From Actinomycetota bacterium (lineage in GTDB: Bacteria; Actinomycetota; UBA4738; HRBIN12), in NCBI GenBank assembly GCA_005883885.1, contig VAYF01000041.1:1-29832 (forward strand): a stretch of DNA of 29,832 bases, read 5' to 3'. Each line of letters starts with the position of its first letter. Within the stretch, counting starts at the first letter, position 1. Positions 1 to 9,936 of the stretch are shown in pieces. The notes beneath the pieces are model-generated. The model saw nothing but the letters and a program-made list of their open reading frames with translations, did no database searches and was not told the DNA's origin. Position numbers and translations under genes: made by a program.

Positions 1-873
1 ATCAAGGCGCCCGTCGCGGGGATCGCGATGGGCATGATCGCCGACGACGGGCAGTTCGTAACCCTGACCGACATCCTGGGTGCCGAGGACGCGCTGGGAG
101 ACATGGATTTCAAGGTGGCCGGAACCAGCGAGTTCGTCACCGCGATCCAGCTCGACATGAAGGTGTCGGGGATGCCGGCCGACGTCCTGGCCGGTGCGCT
201 CCAGCAAGCGAAGGAGGCGCGGCTGCAGATCCTCGATGTGATGCTTGCCGCGCTCCCCGCTCCGCGCGACGAGGTCAGCTCCAAGGCGCCGCGGATCATC
301 ACGATCCAGATCCCGGTGGACAAGATCGGCGAGGTGATCGGGCCGAAGGGGAAGAAGATCAACGAGATCATCGCGATGACGGGTGCCGACATCAACATCG
401 AGGACGACGGCACGGTCTTCATCGGTTCGCGAGAGGCAGAGGGGACGGACGAGGCGGCTCGCATGATCGAGGAGATCGCCAACCCGCGTCCCGTCCTGGT
501 AGGCGAGACCTACGAGGGCATCGTCGTGAAGACCACGACGTTCGGGGCGTTCGTGAACCTGGTGCCCGGTCGCGACGGACTCGTCCATATCTCGAAGCTC
601 GGGCGCGGCAAGCGGCTCTCCACCGTCGAGGAGGCGGTCAAGGAGGGCGACCGGCTGACCGTCCTGGTCGAAGACGTCGACCCGCAAGGGAAGATCAGCC
701 TGAAGCCGGTCGGTCCCGAGTGGGAGGTGCCCGAGGGCACCCAGGTCGAGCCCGCTGGGGAGCGGCGCGACCGGGGCGGCGACCGCGGTCGGGACCGTGG
801 GCCGCGTGGTGACCGGGGCGACCGTCACGGGCGCCGGTTCCGCGATGGCGGCGGCGCCCGCCAGGACGGCTGA
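1..873 (+). CDS. pnp: Polyribonucleotide nucleotidyltransferase (PNPase), 3' part; gene starts upstream of the window
   Basis: Frame 1 is open from base 1 ([11 protein letters not shown]). Contains the PH2 signature [14 protein letters not shown] domain ([12 protein letters not shown]) and S1 domain ([20 protein letters not shown]), then an Arg/Gly/Asp-rich tail. Confidence 0.98.
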   Translation: MKAPVAGIAMGMIADDGQFVTLTDILGAEDALGDMDFKVAGTSEFVTAIQLDMKVSGMPADVLAGALQQAKEARLQILDVMLAALPAPRDEVSSKAPRIITIQIPVDKIGEVIGPKGKKINEIIAMTGADINIEDDGTVFIGSREAEGTDEAARMIEEIANPRPVLVGETYEGIVVKTTTFGAFVNLVPGRDGLVHISKLGRGKRLSTVEEAVKEGDRLTVLVEDVDPQGKISLKPVGPEWEVPEGTQVEPAGERRDRGGDRGRDRGPRGDRGDRHGRRFRDGGGARQDG

Positions 874-884
874 ACCCCGGCATC

Positions 885-2159
885 ATGCCGATCTCGCGCA
901 CCGAGTTCAGCTCGGGGCTGCGGGTCGTGACGGAGCGGATGCCCAGCATCCGCTCCGTCTCGATCGGTTTCTGGGTCCTCGCGGGATCGCGGGACGAGCG
1001 TCCCGCGATCAGCGGCCACTGCCATTTCCTCGAGCATCTGTTGTTCAAAGGGACCGCGACGCGCACGGCGCTCGACATCGCCGAGGCGTTCGATGCGGTC
1101 GGCGGGGATGTCAACGCCTTCACGGCGAAGGAGTACACCTGCTACTACGCGCGCGTGCTCGACCGCGATCTGGAGCTGGCGGTCGATCATCTGGCAGACA
1201 TGTTGCGGCACTCGACCATCCGGGCGGAGGATCTCAAGGCCGAGAGCCAGGTGATCCTGTCCGAGATCGACATGCACGACGACTCCCCGGAGGACGTGGT
1301 TCACGATCTGTTCACCCGGACCTTGTGGCCGGGCCACCCGCTCGGCCGGCCGATCCTCGGGACGCGAGAACGGATCCGCGCGGCGACGCGCGGATCCGTT
1401 CGCGGCTTCTACCGCCGTCACTACATCCCCGGCCAGCTCGTGGTCGCGGCGGCCGGCAACGTGCGCCACGAGGATCTGGTTCGGATGCTCACCGAGCGGA
1501 TGGATGCCGGTCGCGAGCTCTCGGCCCGAGGCCGCTCCACGTGGCGGTTGCGCGATACGCCCCGACCTCCGAAGCCCTCGGGGGACCAGCACGTGCAGCG
1601 GAAGAAGACGGAGCAGGCGCACATCGTCGTCGGGACGAACGGCTTGTCGCGATCGGATCCGGAACGGTTCGCGTTCCTGATCGTCAACACGGCGCTCGGT
1701 GGCGGGATGTCGTCGCGACTCTTCCAGGAGATCCGCGAGAAACGGGGGCTCGCGTACACGGCGTACAGCTTCCACTCGCAGTTCGCCGAGATCGGGCTGT
1801 TCTCGGCCTACGCCGGCACCACGCCGGGGAAGGCTCGCGAGGTCTTCGGGTTGATGCGCGCACAGATCGAAGCGGTCCGCGACGGGGACCTCAACGCGGA
1901 GGAATTCGAACGTGCGAAGGGCCACGTGAAGGGCTCGACCGTCCTGTCGCTGGAAGACCCCGGCGGCAGGATGTCGCGGCTCGGGAAATCCGAGATCGCG
2001 AACGGCGAGATCCTCACGGTGGACGAGATCCTTCGTCGCGTCGAGCGGGTCTCGCTCGATGATGCCCGCCGCATCGCCCACCGGGTACTGTCGCAACCGA
2101 TGACGCTGACGGTGCTGGGGCCGGTGACGCCTTCCTCGTTCGCGGGGGCGCTCGTGTGA
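885..2159 (+). CDS. M16 family (pitrilysin-like) zinc peptidase
   Basis: Inverted zinc motif HFLEH, plus NAFTAKEYTCYY and GGGMSSRLFQEIREKRGLAY. Position directly after pnp is conserved in actinobacteria. Confidence 0.95.
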   Translation: MPISRTEFSSGLRVVTERMPSIRSVSIGFWVLAGSRDERPAISGHCHFLEHLLFKGTATRTALDIAEAFDAVGGDVNAFTAKEYTCYYARVLDRDLELAVDHLADMLRHSTIRAEDLKAESQVILSEIDMHDDSPEDVVHDLFTRTLWPGHPLGRPILGTRERIRAATRGSVRGFYRRHYIPGQLVVAAAGNVRHEDLVRMLTERMDAGRELSARGRSTWRLRDTPRPPKPSGDQHVQRKKTEQAHIVVGTNGLSRSDPERFAFLIVNTALGGGMSSRLFQEIREKRGLAYTAYSFHSQFAEIGLFSAYAGTTPGKAREVFGLMRAQIEAVRDGDLNAEEFERAKGHVKGSTVLSLEDPGGRMSRLGKSEIANGEILTVDEILRRVERVSLDDARRIAHRVLSQPMTLTVLGPVTPSSFAGALV

Positions 2160-2914
2160 CGACCGTCGGGGTGCTCGGCGCCGCCGGCCGCATGGGCCGC
2201 GAGGTCTGCCGGGCCGTGGACGCGGCCGATGACCTGACCCTGATCGCGGCGGTCGATCCTCATCACCAAGGCATCGCGCTCGGCGACCTCGTCGTCGCCG
2301 GATCCACGGACGAGCTCGAAGGCGTCGATGTCGCGGTGGACTTCACGACCCCCCGGTCGGTGATCGGGAACGCGCGGTCGTGTCTCGGTCACGGGATCCA
2401 CATGGTGATCGGCACGACGGGGATCGGCGAGGACGGGCTCGAAGAGATCCGCAGGCTCACCGGATCGGGCGATGTCAACGCGATCGTCGCTCCGAACTTC
2501 GCGATCGGCGCCGCGCTGATGATGCGGTTCTCGGAACAGGCTGCTCGGCACTTCGATGCGGCCGAGGTGATCGAGCTGCACCACGACCAGAAGGTGGATG
2601 CTCCGAGCGGCACGGCGATCACGACGGCGCAACGGATAGGCGCCGCGCGCGCCGGGGCGTGGGAAGCCCCGGCCGGCGACGCCTCGCACCCCGGCGCGCG
2701 CGGCGCCGACGTTGAGGGGATCCGCGTCCACGGTATCCGGCTCCCGGGCCTCCTCGCTCACCAGGAGGTGATCTTCGGAAGCCCCGGCCAGACCCTCGTC
2801 CTCCGCCACGACACGATCGACCGGAGCGCGTTCATCCCGGGGATCCTGCTGGCGATCCGCACGGTCGCGGACCGGCCCGGGCTCACGGTTGGTCTCGACG
2901 CCCTGTTGGACTAA
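2156..2914 (+). CDS. dapB: 4-hydroxy-tetrahydrodipicolinate reductase
   Basis: Rossmann GAAGRMG, VDFTTP, APNFAIG, catalytic ELHHDQKVDAPSGTA. GTGA overlap with the upstream stop. Confidence 0.97.
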   Translation: MTTVGVLGAAGRMGREVCRAVDAADDLTLIAAVDPHHQGIALGDLVVAGSTDELEGVDVAVDFTTPRSVIGNARSCLGHGIHMVIGTTGIGEDGLEEIRRLTGSGDVNAIVAPNFAIGAALMMRFSEQAARHFDAAEVIELHHDQKVDAPSGTAITTAQRIGAARAGAWEAPAGDASHPGARGADVEGIRVHGIRLPGLLAHQEVIFGSPGQTLVLRHDTIDRSAFIPGILLAIRTVADRPGLTVGLDALLD

Positions 2915-3555
2915 CCGCGGGTTCCCTCGACGATGAAGGCGACACCGATCAGCGCGAGCGCTACGGCGAGTGCGGTCCGGATCCACCGCAACCCTCGTTC
3001 GCCCAGCACCCGTCGTCCACCGCTCCCAAGGATCGTGAACGTCAGATCCGAACAGCTGACACCGACGGCCATGGCCAGCGCGGCCGCGAGCGCGGTACCC
3101 GTTCCGCGATCGGACGTCACCTTCGCCATCAAGGCCGACGCGGTCGTCGCGAAGAAGGCCCATGCGCCGGGATTGAGGATCACCGAGGCGATCCCCTTCA
3201 AGGTCGGCCCGAGCCGGCCGACCGTGACCGGAGGGAGGTCGCCGCCCACCGGTGCTCGACCTTCGATCAGGATCGACCGGAGCTCGACGCCGCCGATCCA
3301 CAGCAGGAAGAGACCACCGACCACCTGCAGCGTCCTGATGGTCCCGGGCCCGGGCGCGAGGGACGAGAACCCCAGCGCGAGGGCGACGAGGATGCCGAGC
3401 AGCGTCAGGTTCGCACCGAGCATCACGCGCAGGCCTCCCTCGAGCCCGCGCTTCGCCGTCTCCGACAGGATCAACGTCTGCACCGGGCCGGGGGCCGCGC
3501 CCAACGCGAAGCCGAGGGCGAACGCGCCCCCGATCGCGCCGCCGCCCGGACTCAT
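2911..3555 (-). CDS. LysE/RhtB family exporter
   Basis: Motifs APGPVQTLIL and LNPGAWAFF with several hydrophobic helices. ATG at 3555 overlaps the upstream TGA (ATGA) and is preferred over the longer ORF start at 3636. Confidence 0.85.
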   Translation of the reverse strand: MSPGGGAIGGAFALGFALGAAPGPVQTLILSETAKRGLEGGLRVMLGANLTLLGILVALALGFSSLAPGPGTIRTLQVVGGLFLLWIGGVELRSILIEGRAPVGGDLPPVTVGRLGPTLKGIASVILNPGAWAFFATTASALMAKVTSDRGTGTALAAALAMAVGVSCSDLTFTILGSGGRRVLGERGLRWIRTALAVALALIGVAFIVEGTRG

Positions 3556-4040
3556 CGAGCGGTGGATCCCGGCAGTCGCAGCTCCTGGACCTCGATGTCG
3601 CCGTCGTCGCGCAACGTGATGAGCAGGCCCTCGCACTCGCGCATCGGTTCCACCTCATGACCGGTCAGTCCGAGCGCCGCTCGCTCGACGAACGGTGTGT
3701 GGCTGATCGCGAGCCCGCGACCACCTTCGGGGACCCGCTCGAGCAGGGAACCGATCCCGGTGGCCATGCCCTCGGGTGATCCCTCCGTCGGATCCTTCCC
3801 GGCGAGTCCCGGCACGACGGAGTGCGCGAGGGGGAGCTGCTGTCCGGCTCCCCGGAGCAACCACGCGACGGTCTCCGCCGCACGTGCGGCCGGCGAGACG
3901 AAGACGGCCGCGTACACGATGTCCTGTTGCGAGCGGCCGACCTCCATCGCGCGAGCTCGCCCGGCATCCGATAACCGATCCGCGGACGGGTCGCGCGGCG
4001 CATGGCGACGAAGCTCGAGCTGTCTCATGGCCCGGAGCAT
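3552..4040 (-). CDS. Histidine phosphatase superfamily protein (SixA-like, short)
   Basis: N-terminal RRHA motif, LSDAG, SPAARAAET and C-terminal ISH. Alternative start at ATG 4028. Confidence 0.75.
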   Translation of the reverse strand: MLRAMRQLELRRHAPRDPSADRLSDAGRARAMEVGRSQQDIVYAAVFVSPAARAAETVAWLLRGAGQQLPLAHSVVPGLAGKDPTEGSPEGMATGIGSLLERVPEGGRGLAISHTPFVERAALGLTGHEVEPMRECEGLLITLRDDGDIEVQELRLPGSTAR

Positions 4041-4062
4041 CTCGAACGGCCCGGCGATCCGT

Positions 4063-4608
4063 CTACCGGCTCATCGGCTCGCTCTCGCCGGCCTGCCAGC
4101 GTGCGAGCACGAAGAGCAGATCGCTCAGCCGGTTGAGGTATCGCCGAACCTCGGGGTTCACCGTTCGCTGTGCCGCTTCGAGCTCCACGACGTGTCGTTC
4201 GGCGCGCCGGACGACCGCGCGCGCGACGTCCATGGTCGCCGATGTCGGGTTCGCACCGGGGACGATGAATGCCTCGGGGAGCGGTCGCTCGGTGACGAGG
4301 TCGTCGATCCTCCGCTCCAGTCGGGCCACCATCATCGAGGACACCAACGAGACGTCGGGCTCGAGCTTCTTCCGCTCCTTCGGATTGCATGCCAGGTCGG
4401 CGCCGACCACGAACAGCTCCCGTTGCAGGGCGAGCAGGTCACCGGCCAGTGCCTCGTCCTCGCAGAGCGACCTGGCCAGCCCCAGCATCGCGACGGCCTC
4501 ATCGGTCGTGCCGTACGCCTCCGTGACCAGGTCCGACTTCGGAACGCGGCCCCCGTAGAGGAGCCCGGTGGTGCCGTCGTCTCCCGTCTTCGTGTAGATG
4601 CGCGGCAT
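4063..4608 (-). CDS. pduO: ATP:cob(I)alamin adenosyltransferase, PduO/MMAB type
   Basis: IYTKTGDDGTT, YGTTDE, ARAVVRRAER and YLNRLSDLLFVLAR are the hallmark motifs. Confidence 0.95.
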   Translation of the reverse strand: MPRIYTKTGDDGTTGLLYGGRVPKSDLVTEAYGTTDEAVAMLGLARSLCEDEALAGDLLALQRELFVVGADLACNPKERKKLEPDVSLVSSMMVARLERRIDDLVTERPLPEAFIVPGANPTSATMDVARAVVRRAERHVVELEAAQRTVNPEVRRYLNRLSDLLFVLARWQAGESEPMSR

Positions 4609-4669
4609 GGGCGGCTAGCATAGGCCGGTCCGGCGCCGTCCCCGCGGCGCCACGAAGGAGGCGTCGCCC

Positions 4670-5557
4670 ATGGCCGGCACGTTCGGCTCCGTCGTCACCG
4701 CGATGGTGACGCCGTTCGGTGAAGATCATGCGCTCGACCTCGACCGTGCCCAGGAGCTGGCGTCCTGGCTCGTCGGGAACGGCTCCGATTCGGTCGTCGT
4801 CGCCGGTTCCACGGGCGAGTCGCCGACCGTCACGCACAAGGAGAAGGCCGATCTCTTCCGCGCGGTGGGCGAGGCGATCACCGGCACGGGCAAGCTGATC
4901 TGTGGCACCGGGACGTACTCCACGGCCGAGACGCTCGCGCTCACGCAGGCGGCCGAAGACGCGGGGGCCGACGGGATCCTCGTGGTGACTCCGTACTACA
5001 ACAAACCACCGCAACGAGGCTTGATCGCACATTTCGAGCATGTCGCCGACGCGACGGAGCTTCCGATCATCGTCTACAACATCCCCGGCCGGACCGCGAC
5101 CCGCATCGAGCACGACACGCTGCTGCGGCTCGCCGAGCGCGCGAACATCGTCGCCGTCAAGGACTCGACCGGCGACTTCCAGGGCATCTCCCGTCTGATC
5201 GCGGAAGCACCCGACGGCTTCGAGGTCTACTCGGGCGATGACTGGGCGACGTTCGGCTACCTGTGCCTCGGTGCGGTGGGGGTCGTGAGCGTGGCGAGTC
5301 ACCTGGTCGGGCCGCAGATCCGGCAGATGATCGAGCTCATCGAGACGGGTGACGTGCCGGCCGCTCGGAAGATCCACGAGACGCTGTCGCCCCTGTTCAA
5401 CGCGCTCTTCGTGACGTCCAACCCGATCCCGCTCAAGGCGGCGCTCCAGATGGTCGGGCGTTCCTGCGGCGAGCCTCGGCTGCCGTTGGTCCCCGCGACG
5501 AGCGACGAGCGTGACCGCGTTCGCAAGGCACTGGAGGACGCCGGTCTCCTTGCCTGA
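4670..5557 (+). CDS. dapA: 4-hydroxy-tetrahydrodipicolinate synthase
   Basis: AGSTGESPT, VTPYYNKP, YNIPGRT, Schiff-base Lys in AVKDS, SNPIPLK. SD AAGGAGG upstream. Confidence 0.97.
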   Translation: MAGTFGSVVTAMVTPFGEDHALDLDRAQELASWLVGNGSDSVVVAGSTGESPTVTHKEKADLFRAVGEAITGTGKLICGTGTYSTAETLALTQAAEDAGADGILVVTPYYNKPPQRGLIAHFEHVADATELPIIVYNIPGRTATRIEHDTLLRLAERANIVAVKDSTGDFQGISRLIAEAPDGFEVYSGDDWATFGYLCLGAVGVVSVASHLVGPQIRQMIELIETGDVPAARKIHETLSPLFNALFVTSNPIPLKAALQMVGRSCGEPRLPLVPATSDERDRVRKALEDAGLLA

Positions 5558-7211
5558 CAGCTGCCGGCTCATCTTCCTCGGCGGTATCGGCGAGGTCGGT
5601 CGGAACATGGCCGCCCTGGAGCTCGACGGCCGGCTCCTGATCCTGGATGTCGGCCTGTCGTTCCCTTCGGCGGACATGCCGGGGATCGACCTTGTCCTGC
5701 CCGACATGGAGTACGTGCGTGACCGGGCGGGTGACGTCGAGGCGATCACGCTCACGCACGGGCACGAGGATCATGTGGGAGCGCTCCCATACCTGTTGCG
5801 TGACCTCGGTCGTCGGGTTCCGATCTACGGGACCGCGTTCACGCTCGAGCTCCTCAAGGGCAAGCTGGAAGAGCACGAGGTGACCGATCTCGTGGAGCCA
5901 CGTGTGGCCGTCCCCGGCGGGGGAGCCCAGGCGGGTCCGTTCCGGATGCGCTTCTTCCACGTGACGCATTCGATCCCCGACGGGATGGCCGTCGCGGTCG
6001 ACACGCCGCACGGTTCCGTCCTGCACACCGGCGACTTCAAGCTCGATCAGACCCCGATCGACGGCCAACCCACCGACCTGCACGGCATCGCGGAAGAATC
6101 GGGTCGCGGCGTCCATCTGCTCCTCTCGGATTCGACCAACGCCGAGACGCCGGGACACACCGCGAGCGAGCGGAGCGTCGGCCCGGTCCTTCGTGACATC
6201 GTCGCTCGGGCGCCCGAGATCGTCGTCGTCGCGTGCTTCTCCAGCCACATCCACCGGATCCAGCAGGTGGTCGATGCCGCGCTCGCCGATCAGCGGGTCG
6301 TCTGCTTCCTGGGGCGGTCGATGCAGAACTCGGTCCGGGCGGCTCGCGAGCTGGGGATCCTGCGGGTGGACGACCAGGACGTGATCGACATCGAGGAGGT
6401 GGACAGCCTCGATCCCGGCCGTGTGGTGATCGCATGCACGGGTTCGCAAGGCGAGCCGTACAGCGCGCTGAGCCTGATGGCCGCGCGCGAGCACAAGTGG
6501 GTCAAGCTCAGCGAGGGCGACACCGTCGTGCTCTCCTCCAGCCTGATCCCGGGCAACGAGCCGGCGATCCACCGTGTCGTCGACTCGCTCTACCGGAGCG
6601 GCGCGGACGTGTACCACATGCCGGCCGACCCCGTGCACGCATCAGGTCACGCCGCCCAAGAAGAGCTCCGGCTCCTCCTGTCGCTCGTCAAGCCGAGTTG
6701 GTTCATCCCCGTGCACGGCGAGCGCAGACACCTGCAGCATCACGCGCGACTGGCGGAGGAGATCGGGATCCCGCGCGAACGGATCCTGATCTGCGAGGAC
6801 GGCGACGTGATCGACGTCGGGCGCACGGTCACGAAGGTGGATCGGGTCCGAGCCGGCATGACGTTCGTGGACGGCCTCGGGATCGGAGATGTCGGCGGCG
6901 AGGTCCTTCGCGATCGGAGGAAGCTCGCCGGCGACGGCGTCGTCGTCGTCGTGGTCGGGGTCAACATGCAGACCGGCGAGGTCGTGAGCGGGCCCGACGT
7001 CGTCAACCGGGGGTTCGTCCACGACGGGACCTCGGCCGACATCCTTGAAGAGGCTCGCAAACGCGTCATGCTTGCATTCGAAGAGAGCGCGGAGGCCCAC
7101 GTCACGGACCCATCTGCGTTGCAACAGAACGTTCGAAGGGTACTCAAGCGGTACTTCTTCGACGTGACGCAGCGGAAGCCCGTGATCCTGCCGGTGATCA
7201 TGGAGGTGTAG
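5550..7211 (+). CDS. rnj: Ribonuclease J
   Basis: LGGIGEVGRNM, metallo-beta-lactamase THGHEDH, HTGDFK, TGSQGEP, HASGH. Probable TTG start at 5550 after GGAGGA, overlapping the dapA end. Confidence 0.97.
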   Translation: MPDSCRLIFLGGIGEVGRNMAALELDGRLLILDVGLSFPSADMPGIDLVLPDMEYVRDRAGDVEAITLTHGHEDHVGALPYLLRDLGRRVPIYGTAFTLELLKGKLEEHEVTDLVEPRVAVPGGGAQAGPFRMRFFHVTHSIPDGMAVAVDTPHGSVLHTGDFKLDQTPIDGQPTDLHGIAEESGRGVHLLLSDSTNAETPGHTASERSVGPVLRDIVARAPEIVVVACFSSHIHRIQQVVDAALADQRVVCFLGRSMQNSVRAARELGILRVDDQDVIDIEEVDSLDPGRVVIACTGSQGEPYSALSLMAAREHKWVKLSEGDTVVLSSSLIPGNEPAIHRVVDSLYRSGADVYHMPADPVHASGHAAQEELRLLLSLVKPSWFIPVHGERRHLQHHARLAEEIGIPRERILICEDGDVIDVGRTVTKVDRVRAGMTFVDGLGIGDVGGEVLRDRRKLAGDGVVVVVVGVNMQTGEVVSGPDVVNRGFVHDGTSADILEEARKRVMLAFEESAEAHVTDPSALQQNVRRVLKRYFFDVTQRKPVILPVIMEV

Positions 7212-9509
7212 GTGGCAACGAAGACGTCTCCCTCGCGGCGGTCGTCGCATCCCTCGAAGACCTCCACGGTCAGGGGCCGCTCGCGGCGCAGGAGGAAGGC
7301 GCCCGCGAAGCCGCCGAAGACCTCCGTCCGGCAGATCCTCTCCCCGCACGCGCGAGATGCTTCCGGGATCCTCCTGGTGGTCGTCGCGCTCCTCGCGGCG
7401 CTCGGCGTGTGGTTCGATGCGGCCGGCCCGGTCGGGGACCTCCTCTCGTGGATGCTTCGCGGTTCTCTCGGCGTCGTCGCGATCGCGTTCCCAGTCGTCG
7501 GCATCTACTGGGGGACCCTGCTCCTGCGGGACGCGGCGAGGGAGGACCGGGTCAGGATGTTCATCGGATCCTCGGTGCTCGGTCTCGGTCTGCTCGGCAT
7601 CGTCTCGCTGCTCGGTGGGAAACCGGGGCCCCGCGATGGCTATGACGCGGTCTCCGTGGCCGGCGGCGTGCTTGGCGCGGCCGTCGCGCATCCGTTGACG
7701 ATCGTGATCTCGGCTGTGGGCGCGTTCATCGTTTGCATCGGGATAGGCGCCGTCGGGCTCCTCATCTTCACGGGGACGCCGATCGCGGCCGCCTCGCCGA
7801 GCCTCCGCGACTTCTTCACCGCGGCCGACATCGAGGAGGAAGACGAGCCCGTCCGACCGGTCGTGCGCGATGAGCCGAAGCGCACGCACCACCGCGCCGC
7901 CAAGCTCAGAGAGGCGTTCGGGCTCCTCGAGCTCGATCCGGACGACGAGGAGACGGTGATCGTTCCGGATCAGGATCTGGACGAGCGGGACGAACCAGCC
8001 CCCGCGCCGCTGCCGACGGGCCTGACCCGCACGATCGAAACGACGACCGGTCCCTACCAGCTGCCGCCGCTCGACCTGCTCCGGAGCGCTCCGCCGTCGA
8101 ACGCCGACGTCCGCGACGAGCAGGATATGCAGAACGCACTCGAGCGCACGTTACAGACCTTCGGCGTGGACGCTCGGGTATCCGCCGCTCACCGGGGCCC
8201 CACGGTCACGATGTATGAGGTCGAGGTCGCGTCGGGCACCAAGGTCAACAAGGTCCTGCAGCTGGCGAGCGACATCGCGTACGCCCTCGCGACCCCCGAC
8301 GTGCGCATCCAAGCGCCGATCCCCGGGAAGTCCGCGATCGGGATCGAGGTCCCCAACAAGCATCGGGATTTCGTGATGCTCGGGGACATCCTCCGGTCGA
8401 AGGCCGCCAAGGAGGCGACCCACCCGCTCGAGGTGGCGTTGGGCAAGGACATCCACGGGCGGGCCCGGATGGTCAACCTGGCGACCATGCCACATCTGCT
8501 GATCGCCGGGGCGACCGGCGCCGGCAAGTCCAGCCTCGTCAATTCGTTCATCACGTCGCTCCTCGCCCGGACCACACCGGAGGACGTCCGACTGGTGCTG
8601 GTCGATCCCAAGCGGGTCGAACTCAGTCATTTCGCCGACGTGCCGCACCTGCTCTCGCCGGTGATCGTGCACCCCAAGCGGGCGGCGGAGGCGCTCGGGT
8701 GGATCGTGCGGGAGATGGAGCAGCGCTACGAGCTGCTCGCCACGGCGGCGGTGCGGGACATCGATGGATACGAAGAGGGGTTGCGGGCCGGCACGCTTCG
8801 CGTGCCCCTCGGGCTCGAGCACCGGTTCGGCCATCTCCCGTTCATCGTGGTCGTGATCGACGAGCTCGCCGATCTGATGATGGTGGCGCCGCGGGCGGTC
8901 GAGGACGCGATCTGTCGGATCGCGCAGATGGCGCGCGCGGTGGGCATCCACCTTGTGGTCGCGACGCAACGTCCGTCGGTCGACGTGGTGACGGGCCTGA
9001 TCAAGGCGAACATCCCCAGCCGGATCGCACTGATGACTTCCTCGCAGGCGGACAGCCGCGTGATCTTGGACATGAACGGCGCCGAGAAGCTCGTCGGCCA
9101 CGGCGACATGCTCTTCGCCCCCTCGAGCATCTCGAAGCCGGTCCGGCTCCAGGGCGCCTGGGTGACCGAACAGGAGATCCGCGACGTCGCGGACTTCATC
9201 CGAGCCCAACGGGAAGCCGTGTACGAACGAACGGTCGAGGGCCTCGGGCTGCCGCCGGTCGAAGCGTCGGGTGAAGACCGCGGACTGGGATCGGACGATG
9301 ACCTCCTGGAGCAGGCAGCGGAGCTCGTGATCCGATCGCGGCTCGGCTCCACGTCCATGCTCCAACGCAAGCTGAAGGTCGGGTTCGCACGCGCGGGCCG
9401 CCTGATGGACCTGATGGAGGATCAGGGGATCGTCGGGCCCGGCCAAGGCTCGAAGGCGCGCGACGTCCTGGTGACCTGGGAAGAATGGGAAGAGCGCGCG
9501 AGCGCCTGA
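7212..9509 (+). CDS. ftsK: DNA translocase FtsK/SpoIIIE
   Basis: N-terminal transmembrane segments, Walker A GATGAGKS, IDELADLMM, ATQRPSVDV, gamma domain LQRKLKVGFARAGRLMD. Confidence 0.97.
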   Translation: MATKTSPSRRSSHPSKTSTVRGRSRRRRKAPAKPPKTSVRQILSPHARDASGILLVVVALLAALGVWFDAAGPVGDLLSWMLRGSLGVVAIAFPVVGIYWGTLLLRDAAREDRVRMFIGSSVLGLGLLGIVSLLGGKPGPRDGYDAVSVAGGVLGAAVAHPLTIVISAVGAFIVCIGIGAVGLLIFTGTPIAAASPSLRDFFTAADIEEEDEPVRPVVRDEPKRTHHRAAKLREAFGLLELDPDDEETVIVPDQDLDERDEPAPAPLPTGLTRTIETTTGPYQLPPLDLLRSAPPSNADVRDEQDMQNALERTLQTFGVDARVSAAHRGPTVTMYEVEVASGTKVNKVLQLASDIAYALATPDVRIQAPIPGKSAIGIEVPNKHRDFVMLGDILRSKAAKEATHPLEVALGKDIHGRARMVNLATMPHLLIAGATGAGKSSLVNSFITSLLARTTPEDVRLVLVDPKRVELSHFADVPHLLSPVIVHPKRAAEALGWIVREMEQRYELLATAAVRDIDGYEEGLRAGTLRVPLGLEHRFGHLPFIVVVIDELADLMMVAPRAVEDAICRIAQMARAVGIHLVVATQRPSVDVVTGLIKANIPSRIALMTSSQADSRVILDMNGAEKLVGHGDMLFAPSSISKPVRLQGAWVTEQEIRDVADFIRAQREAVYERTVEGLGLPPVEASGEDRGLGSDDDLLEQAAELVIRSRLGSTSMLQRKLKVGFARAGRLMDLMEDQGIVGPGQGSKARDVLVTWEEWEERASA

Positions 9510-9902
9510 CTAGAGGGCACCGACGCGACGCGCGACCTGGAACAGCGTGTCGGCGTGTTGCTGGGGGTCGATCATGAGCGACCCGGCGGCGCCGACCTGG
9601 CGCTGCCAGTACCGATAGACATCCTCGGCGCGCCAGCTGCGGGACAGGGCGCCTCGGAAGCTCCGCGCCATCTCCGAGCCTTGCCAGATGGCCTGCGGAG
9701 CGACGATGAACCCGCCCCGCGTCCCGTCGATCGAGAGCCAGAACGCGCCGATCAGCCCCCAACGGCCGTCATCGAGGTCGCCGGAGACGAGGAGGAACCG
9801 GACCGGACCCTCGGCGAGGGCATCGGGTGCCGTGACCGGGTCCCGCAACGCGGCGAGCGGGAACAGCTCCTCGTTCTCGACGCGCCTGTCTTCCGGTTCC
9901 AT
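9510..9902 (-). CDS. Hypothetical protein (130 aa), no family recognised
   Basis: ATG with purine-rich SD (GGGGAGGGG on the minus strand). Stop abuts the ftsK stop. Fills the gap exactly and lacks the Arg/Pro bias of shadow ORFs. Confidence 0.75.
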   Translation of the reverse strand: MEPEDRRVENEELFPLAALRDPVTAPDALAEGPVRFLLVSGDLDDGRWGLIGAFWLSIDGTRGGFIVAPQAIWQGSEMARSFRGALSRSWRAEDVYRYWQRQVGAAGSLMIDPQQHADTLFQVARRVGAL

Positions 9903-9936
9903 CGCGTGCTCGCCCCTCCCCCTCGGCTGATGGTAG

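Noticed and set aside
760-870. GACCG-rich repeats in the pnp 3' end
   Set aside because: Explained by a low-complexity Arg/Gly/Asp coding tail, common in actinobacterial PNPase.
4609-4669. Lysine riboswitch before dapA or cobalamin riboswitch before pduO
   Set aside because: Only 61 nt separate the divergent genes, too short for either element.
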